Source of the DNA: the human T2T-CHM13v2.0 reference genome, Homo sapiens
NCBI RefSeq assembly: GCF_009914755.1
Contig: NC_060928.1
Length of the DNA stretch: 64,000 bases
Reading direction: 5' to 3' (one strand)
The notes below the pieces were generated by a model. That model had not been told where the DNA came from. It searched no databases and worked only from the letters and a program-made list of their open reading frames with translations. Of this stretch, positions 58,352 to 64,000 are shown in pieces. Position 1 is the stretch's first letter. The number at the start of each line of letters is the position of its first letter. The translations under genes were made by a program, and so were the position numbers.

Positions 58352-58984
58352 TGTAAAGGCCGAAGGAAAACATCTCCTTCACCCTCTGAAGGTTCACTGA
58401 AAATCTAGCAAAAGGCAGATTCATAGGAGATAAGACACACAAAATGTATTCATGCACACACATGTGCACGGGAGTCATACAAAATATGAGCTCAGAGGGG
58501 GGCCAGATGGTTGATACGTAAATACTCTCTTCATAGTGGAGAAATGGGTGGACCCACGAGGTGGGAGGTGGACACTAAAGAAGGTGAGGGATGAGGGTTG
58601 AGGGGTGAGGGGTGGAGCCGCACAGAAACCAAGATGCAGATGAAGTCCCCCAGGCAATCTCTTGGAGTTGCCCTCAGAAGAACAGAGGCAAAGTCTGTGT
58701 GGGCGAGGTGAGGACTGCCAGTCTGTTCTCTGGTGGTTGATCTTTCCTGGTTATTTGATGAGATCTCTAGGGAACTAGGGAGAGTGTTTAAGACAATCAC
58801 TTTTTTTTTTTTTTCCTGGAAAGTAGCTTTCATGATCAGATAGGAAAATTCCATAGGGAGTCGCTCCCAGCACTTGGTGGGGGACAAGGCAATGGTCAGG
58901 GATCTTGATCCTGAAGAAGGTTCTGCGGCCTCTCAGCATGTCAAAGTGTCAGTGTTTGGGGGTAGAGCTTGCTGAGCCCCAACA
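58352..58984 (-). mobile_element. ERV1 MER4-group solo LTR (MER31/MER67/LTR24-like)
   Basis: TG...CA termini. Reverse complement begins TGTTGGGGCTCAG...ACCCCCAAA...TTTGACATGCTGA. Other end CCCTCTGAAGGTTCACTGAAAATC...AAAAGGCAGATT. Confidence 0.7.
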
Positions 58985-59442
58985 GAACCTTGTGACAACC
59001 GTAAGACATAACAAAAGCACACGGGGATAACTCTCCTTTCATCTGACCAGAAAGGGCTCTCTAGGTATTAAGGAATGTTGGAACAAGTAAGAATGATCTT
59101 TGCCCTGTGGCACTCTCTCATGTCCCCTTTGTAAACTAAAAATAAAACCCTAAGCACCTCACTGCCTGGCAGATGCCTTCTTCATCAAGGTTTTAAGAAA
59201 AACCTTAATAACTGAATTCCCAGCCATGACTGGAAAGGAGGCCGGACACGCCTTGTTCCACCCCCTCTGGTTTGAATTTTCGGCACAATAAGACGAGCAT
59301 CAATCTTAAAATAGAGATCATAAGACTGACAGAACAGACTCTTTGTGGCAATTAAGATACCAAATGATAAACAAGACCTAAGGCCATGCCAGGCAAGGGC
59401 TGAGTTTCACCTGCAGGCCATCATCATCTTGCTACATCCATC

Positions 59443-59742
59443 TTTTTTTTTTTTTTTTTGAGACGGAGTCTCACTCTGTCGCCCAGGCTGGAGGGCAATG
59501 GCGCCATCTCAGCTTACTGCAACCTCCACCTCCTTGGTTCAAGCAATTCCCCTGCTCAGCCTACTGAGTAGCTGGAATTACAGGTGCACGCCACCACGCC
59601 CAGCTAATTTTTTCATATTTTTAGTAGAGATGAGGTTTCACCATGTTGGCCAGACTGGTCTCAAACTCCTGACCTCAAGTGATCTGCCCACCTCTGCCTC
59701 CCAAAGTGCTGAGATTACAAGCGTGAGCCACTGCACCTGGCC
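59443..59742 (-). mobile_element. AluSx/Sz nested in MER4D
   Basis: Full dimer with poly(T). TSD CATCCATC at 59435-59442 and 59743-59750. Confidence 0.95.
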
Positions 59743-59956
59743 CATCCATCCTTAACATTCCTTTCTGCTGATTCCAAATTTTAGACCGAGCCTCACTATT
59801 TTAACCAATTGCAAATTAAAGACTCTCTGAATCCACCTATTACCTATAAACCCTGTTTCAAGATGTCCTGCCTTTTTGGGCCGAACCAACGTATACCTTC
59901 CATGTGTTGATTTGTCTTTGCTTGTAACTCCTGCCTTCTTAAAATGTGTAAAACCT

Positions 59957-60105
59957 AGCCAAGCGTGGTAGTGGGCAACTGTAGTCCGCACAACTCAGGA
60001 GACTGAGGCGGAACTTGAGCCCCGGAGGTCAAGGCTGCAGTAAGCTGAGATTGCACCACTATACTCCACAGAGTGAGACCTTGTGTCAAAAATCATAATA
60101 ATATA
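59957..60105 (+). mobile_element. FRAM / AluJ right-arm monomer nested in MER4D
   Basis: AGCCAAGCGTGGTAG...TTGAGCCCCGGAGGTCAAGGCTGCAGTAAGC...GAGTGAGACCTTGTGTCAAAAA. Confidence 0.85.
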
Positions 60106-60469
60106 CAAAGCCAAACTGTAATCCAGCCACTTCGAGATCACTTACCCACGGCTTCTTGGGTTTGTGTTTTTTCTGGGCCATGGTCACTCATCATATTGGT
60201 TCAGAATAAACCTCTGTAAAATATTTTATGGAGTTTGGTTTCACTGTTAACACCCTTAAATTAAAGAAAGCACTAACTGGGGAGCTGCTTAGATCTAAAT
60301 CTGAATCTTTATCACCCTCTGATGATGATTATCATCATCCCTTATTTGCCTCTGATCTTGGATGATTATAATTAGTAATATATGTTAAGTACCTAGCACT
60401 GTGCTGGGGGACTAAGAACAGAACGTCATGAATGGTAGATCTTTTATTTTCTTCCTCATGATCAAGGTA

Positions 60470-60670
60470 ACCACTTAAATAGCTCTTGCTAGATGCCAAG
60501 CACTTTACATCTGCTCCTTATTAAATCTTCACAACAACCTGATGAGATAGGTTCCCATTAATACTCCAATTTTCTGAATGGGAAATTTGCCCGAGGAAAC
60601 ACAGTCAGTCAGCAGAGGAGCCAGGATGGAAACCCACACAATGTAGCCCACCGCTGTGCTTTCTAGGTAC
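60470..60670 (-). mobile_element. MIR
   Basis: TGCCAAGCACTTTACAT...AATCTTCACAACAACCTGATGAGATAGG...GGAGCCAGGATGGAAACCCA. Confidence 0.7.
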
Positions 60671-60697
60671 AGTGCGGAAAGTGTCTCCCATCTTCTC

Positions 60698-61000
60698 ATT
60701 TTTCTTTTTGTTTTTTTAGAGACAGGGTCTCGCTCTGTGGCCCAGGCTGGAGTGCAGTAGTATAATCAGAGCTCTCTGAAGCCTGGAATCGCTCGAGCGA
60801 TCTTCCTGCCTCAGCTGCCAAAGTTGTTAGGACTATACTACAGGCACACAGCACCATGCTTAGCTAATTTTTTAACTTTTTGTAGAAAGGAGGTTTCACT
60901 ATGTTGCCCAGGCTGGTCTCAAGCTGTTGGCCTCAAGCAATCCCTCCGTCTCAGCTTTCCAAAGTGTTAAGATTACAGGCATGAGCCACTGCGCCTAGCC
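60698..61000 (-). mobile_element. AluJ
   Basis: GAGACAGGGTCTCGCTCTGTGGCCCAGG...CACTATGTTGCCCAGGCTGGTCTC...GAGCCACTGCGCCTAGCC. Confidence 0.92.
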
Positions 61001-61204
61001 CTATCTTTTAATTTTGACTATCCCATACCTGCATAGCATGTAGCACAATTAAAGCCACCAGCTCCATTTCTGGCAAACTCCAACCATTGCTAATTTTGGT
61101 GTTTAGGTGTAGAGGTAAGGCCTGAACGCTGTTGGGATACTGGCTAGGTGGTATGGTATAATGTGAAATATGAAACTGACATGCTAGCCACTGCACTAAG
61201 ACGG

Positions 61205-62395
61205 CGATTAATATGATATACATTTGGTCTTTGCCCCAGTTCTTGTCACAGAGCTTCTAAAGTCCTTAGAATTTTCTGAGTGATAGGAGTGTCTTCTGTT
61301 ATTTATAAAGAGCCCCCTTTATTTATTTTATTTTATTTTATTTTATTTTATTTTATTTTATTTATTTTATTTTTTTGAGATGGAGTCTTACTCTGTCACC
61401 CAGGCTAGAGTGCAATGGCATGATCTCGGCTCACTGCAACCTCCACCTCCCAGGGTTCAAGCAATTCTCCTGCCTCAGCCTCCTGAGTAGCTGGGATTAC
61501 AGGCATGCACCACCATGCCCAGCTAATTTTTGTATTTTTAGTAGAGATGGGGTTTTGCCATGTTGGCCAGGCTGGTCTTGAACTCCTGACCTCACGTTAT
61601 CCACCCACTTCAGCCTCCCAAAGTGCTGTGATTACAGGCGTGAGCCACTAGAGCCCCCTTTGTAACACCTAAGTTTATGCTCATGAAGGACTTAGACTGG
61701 GCACCCCAGCTAGACTCAGATGGAGCTGGTGACCAGAAAGACCAAGCAGTTATAGGATTTCAGGGTTGGGATTTTCAGCCCCGCCTACCAACCTCCAGGA
61801 GATGCAGGGTCAGGGCTGGAGATCAAGCTCTATACAAAGTCTTAGACAAGGAGATGTGCTTTTCAGTTGCTGAACAGGAGGAGGAGGTGTGTTTGCTAAG
61901 CTTCCAGATTGCTGAAAACATGGAAGTGCTGGGAGGATGGCATGCCACCCCCTCCCCGGTACCATGTCCTATGCCCTACACATCCCTTCACCTGGCACAT
62001 CATCCATATCCTTTGTAGTATTCTTCATTATGCCAAACCAGTCAATTTAAGTCTTTCCCTGAGTTCTGTGAGCCAGCCCAGCAAATTAATGGAACCTAAG
62101 AATGGGGTCATGGAGTGCAATTTACAGTGGGTGGGTCAGAAGTGTATGTGACAATCTACTTCTGAAAGTTGGCATCAGAAGTAGAGTGCAGTCTTGTGGG
62201 ACTGAGCCCCACCTGAGCACTCTGACTCTACCTCAGGTAGATAGTGTCAGAATTGAATTGAAGTATGGCATAGCCGGCTGGTGGCCCCCGGAGGATTGCT
62301 TGGTGTGTGTGGAAAGACCCCCACACATCTGGCCACACGTGGGTTCTGCACTGAGTGTGGCAGTAGAGAGAGAAAAAAATTGTTTTTTCTTTTAG
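61205..62395 (+). mobile_element. MER21 LTR with nested Alu
   Basis: ATATACATTTGGTCTTTGCCCCAGTTC...CCAGAAAGACCAAG...TTCCCTGAGTTCTGTGAGCC...GGTAGATAGTGTCAGAATTGAATTG...CCCCACACATCTGG. Confidence 0.85.
61321..61649 (-). mobile_element. AluSx-like with an (ATTTT)n tail, nested in MER21
   Basis: TSD AGAGCCCCCTTT at 61309-61320 and 61650-61661. The tail has converted to a pentanucleotide repeat. Confidence 0.95.
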
Positions 62396-64000
62396 AGATG
62401 GTATAAGAAGTGGCTCACTTTTCTCCAATCACACAAAAACAATTTGATTTGCTGAACACTAAATAGAACATTGTTCCTGAAAACTTTTTCAAGATTGTGT
62501 CTGCAATGTGCTGCTTTTTAAAAGCGAACTCTAACAACAATTAATTGCACTGTGTATATTATCAGTTATCATTATTTGTTAAGTTTCTTGCATGGTTAGA
62601 GTCAAGAAGTCCAAGCTGCAAAGTGTAACTTCTGTCTTTAAGAATAGAAAAGAGAATAGAAATAGAAAAGTTACTGCTTATGAGTGGAAAAAAACAAAAA
62701 ATAAAGTGAAGATAATGGAAGGAAACCTATCCATCCCATCACAGACATTTCAATCTAGACCCAGAAGAATAAGCCTTTCTTAGTTAATTCTCAACATTTT
62801 TTAGGCAAAGACAAGTAAACATTCAGAGGCGTTCAGTACCAAGAAATGGCTCTAAACTGGACTGTATTCTTCTTAATATCTGCTTACGGAGAGAGGAAAT
62901 GGAGGCCATCTTTGGCCCTCACTGAGAATCTTCCTCAATGGAAATTTCTGGTGATATTTAGAGGCAAGTTACCTCTGCTTACCTTTGCCTGCTTACTTTG
63001 TGCCAGATCCCCTACTTAGTCCTAGGGTTCAAGTACAAAGAAACCTGGCCCCCATACTCCAGCAACTGAGAGTCTAGTTGTGGGCAAAACTGTGTAAAAG
63101 ATGATTACGGGCCATATGATGAATGCTTTCATGGGGCATGTACAGAATACACTGGAAACCCTCAGAAAGGAGTGAACCAGTTTCCCTGAGAACGGAGTCA
63201 AACTGGAATGAGCTGTTTTTAAAGCTCAGGGGCTAGATAATTTGCTTGGTGGGCAAATTGCCCCGGACCAGGCGATGTCTTCACGATAGTGGTCCGGAGA
63301 AACACGGGCCGTGCAGCTACTCAAGTTCTGGTCTCTTTTGTGGGGGGTATTTATTGTTTCGATTGCCACATTTATATGATACATTTTATGACTTCTTTAA
63401 ATGCCTCTTATTTTTCCTACAATGAAATAATAGACTTTAAATCATGTTTGAAGTCTCTAGCCTGCTTTGCTTTAATCATAACAACAAAAATTAAATTTTA
63501 CACAAAAATACAAATCATAATTTTATAAAATGAAACATGAAGATAAAGTTGAACATCCGGGGTAGTGTTTGTAAACAAAGTGTGAAGAATTTTATTTATT
63601 GTGCTTTCTGGACATTTTGAGGATCAAATATAAATCTCAGGAAAGTAATATAAGAATAAAAGTAATTGGTAATTTTAGCCTACTCTTAACCCCAGATTCT
63701 TTTCACCAGTCCAGCACATTTTAAGAAATGAGAGACGAAACAGCATTCGGCAGTAAGGAACTGGTTACCATCAGAGCTATGTTGAATGTGAACGTGATTT
63801 TACTAATTAAGTCCTAAACAACTGATGCAGGTAACTGTGGTCCCTGCACTGGAGACCCTTATTATATCTCATATAAAATAGTTAATTGCTTCCAAATGAA
63901 GCTCAAATCAGACAGAGAAATGTCTACTTTGACTAGTACCAAAACATAAGTAGGCAACGGACACTGTGTTGTTTTTGCCTGACTCTGTGGATTCTCAAGA

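Larger units (their letters stand above)
59130..60252 (+). mobile_element. MER4D-type solo LTR with two nested Alus
   Basis: Starts TGTAAACTAAAAATAAAACCCTAAG and ends AATAAACCTCT...TGTTAACA. TSD CCCTT at 59125-59129 and 60253-60257. Confidence 0.88.

Overview
AT-rich, repeat-dense human genomic DNA (a human-specific L1HS-Ta insertion is present). It contains no credible host protein-coding exon, and nearly all ORF-track entries are chance ORFs or L1/Alu-derived. The main unique feature is a + strand non-coding exon/promoter module at ~11.5-11.8 kb: branch point, polypyrimidine tract and AG at 11594, homeodomain, PBX/CRE and TATA-like motifs, then a consensus donor TAG|GTGAGT at 11757/11758. 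It is followed by >50 kb of intron-like DNA in which almost all L1 copies are antisense. From memory this exon resembles the 5' non-coding exon of TENM3 (teneurin-3, chr4q); this is unverified. Repeats include MER41B, MER39, MER4D, MER21 and other LTRs, L1s from L1HS to L1M, L2, L3/CR1, MIR, about 11 Alus, and MER5/MER20/MER58/Tigger4 DNA transposons. The most interesting items are a possible hybrid first/internal exon with four uORFs and a recursive-splice-like AG|GT junction, a young and possibly polymorphic L1HS-Ta, GAS motifs in MER41B, a dispersed 29-bp duplication upstream of the promoter, and a phased 3x42-bp E-box repeat. Repeat subfamily names come from recalled consensus sequences, and boundaries are approximate unless target-site duplications (TSDs) are quoted.
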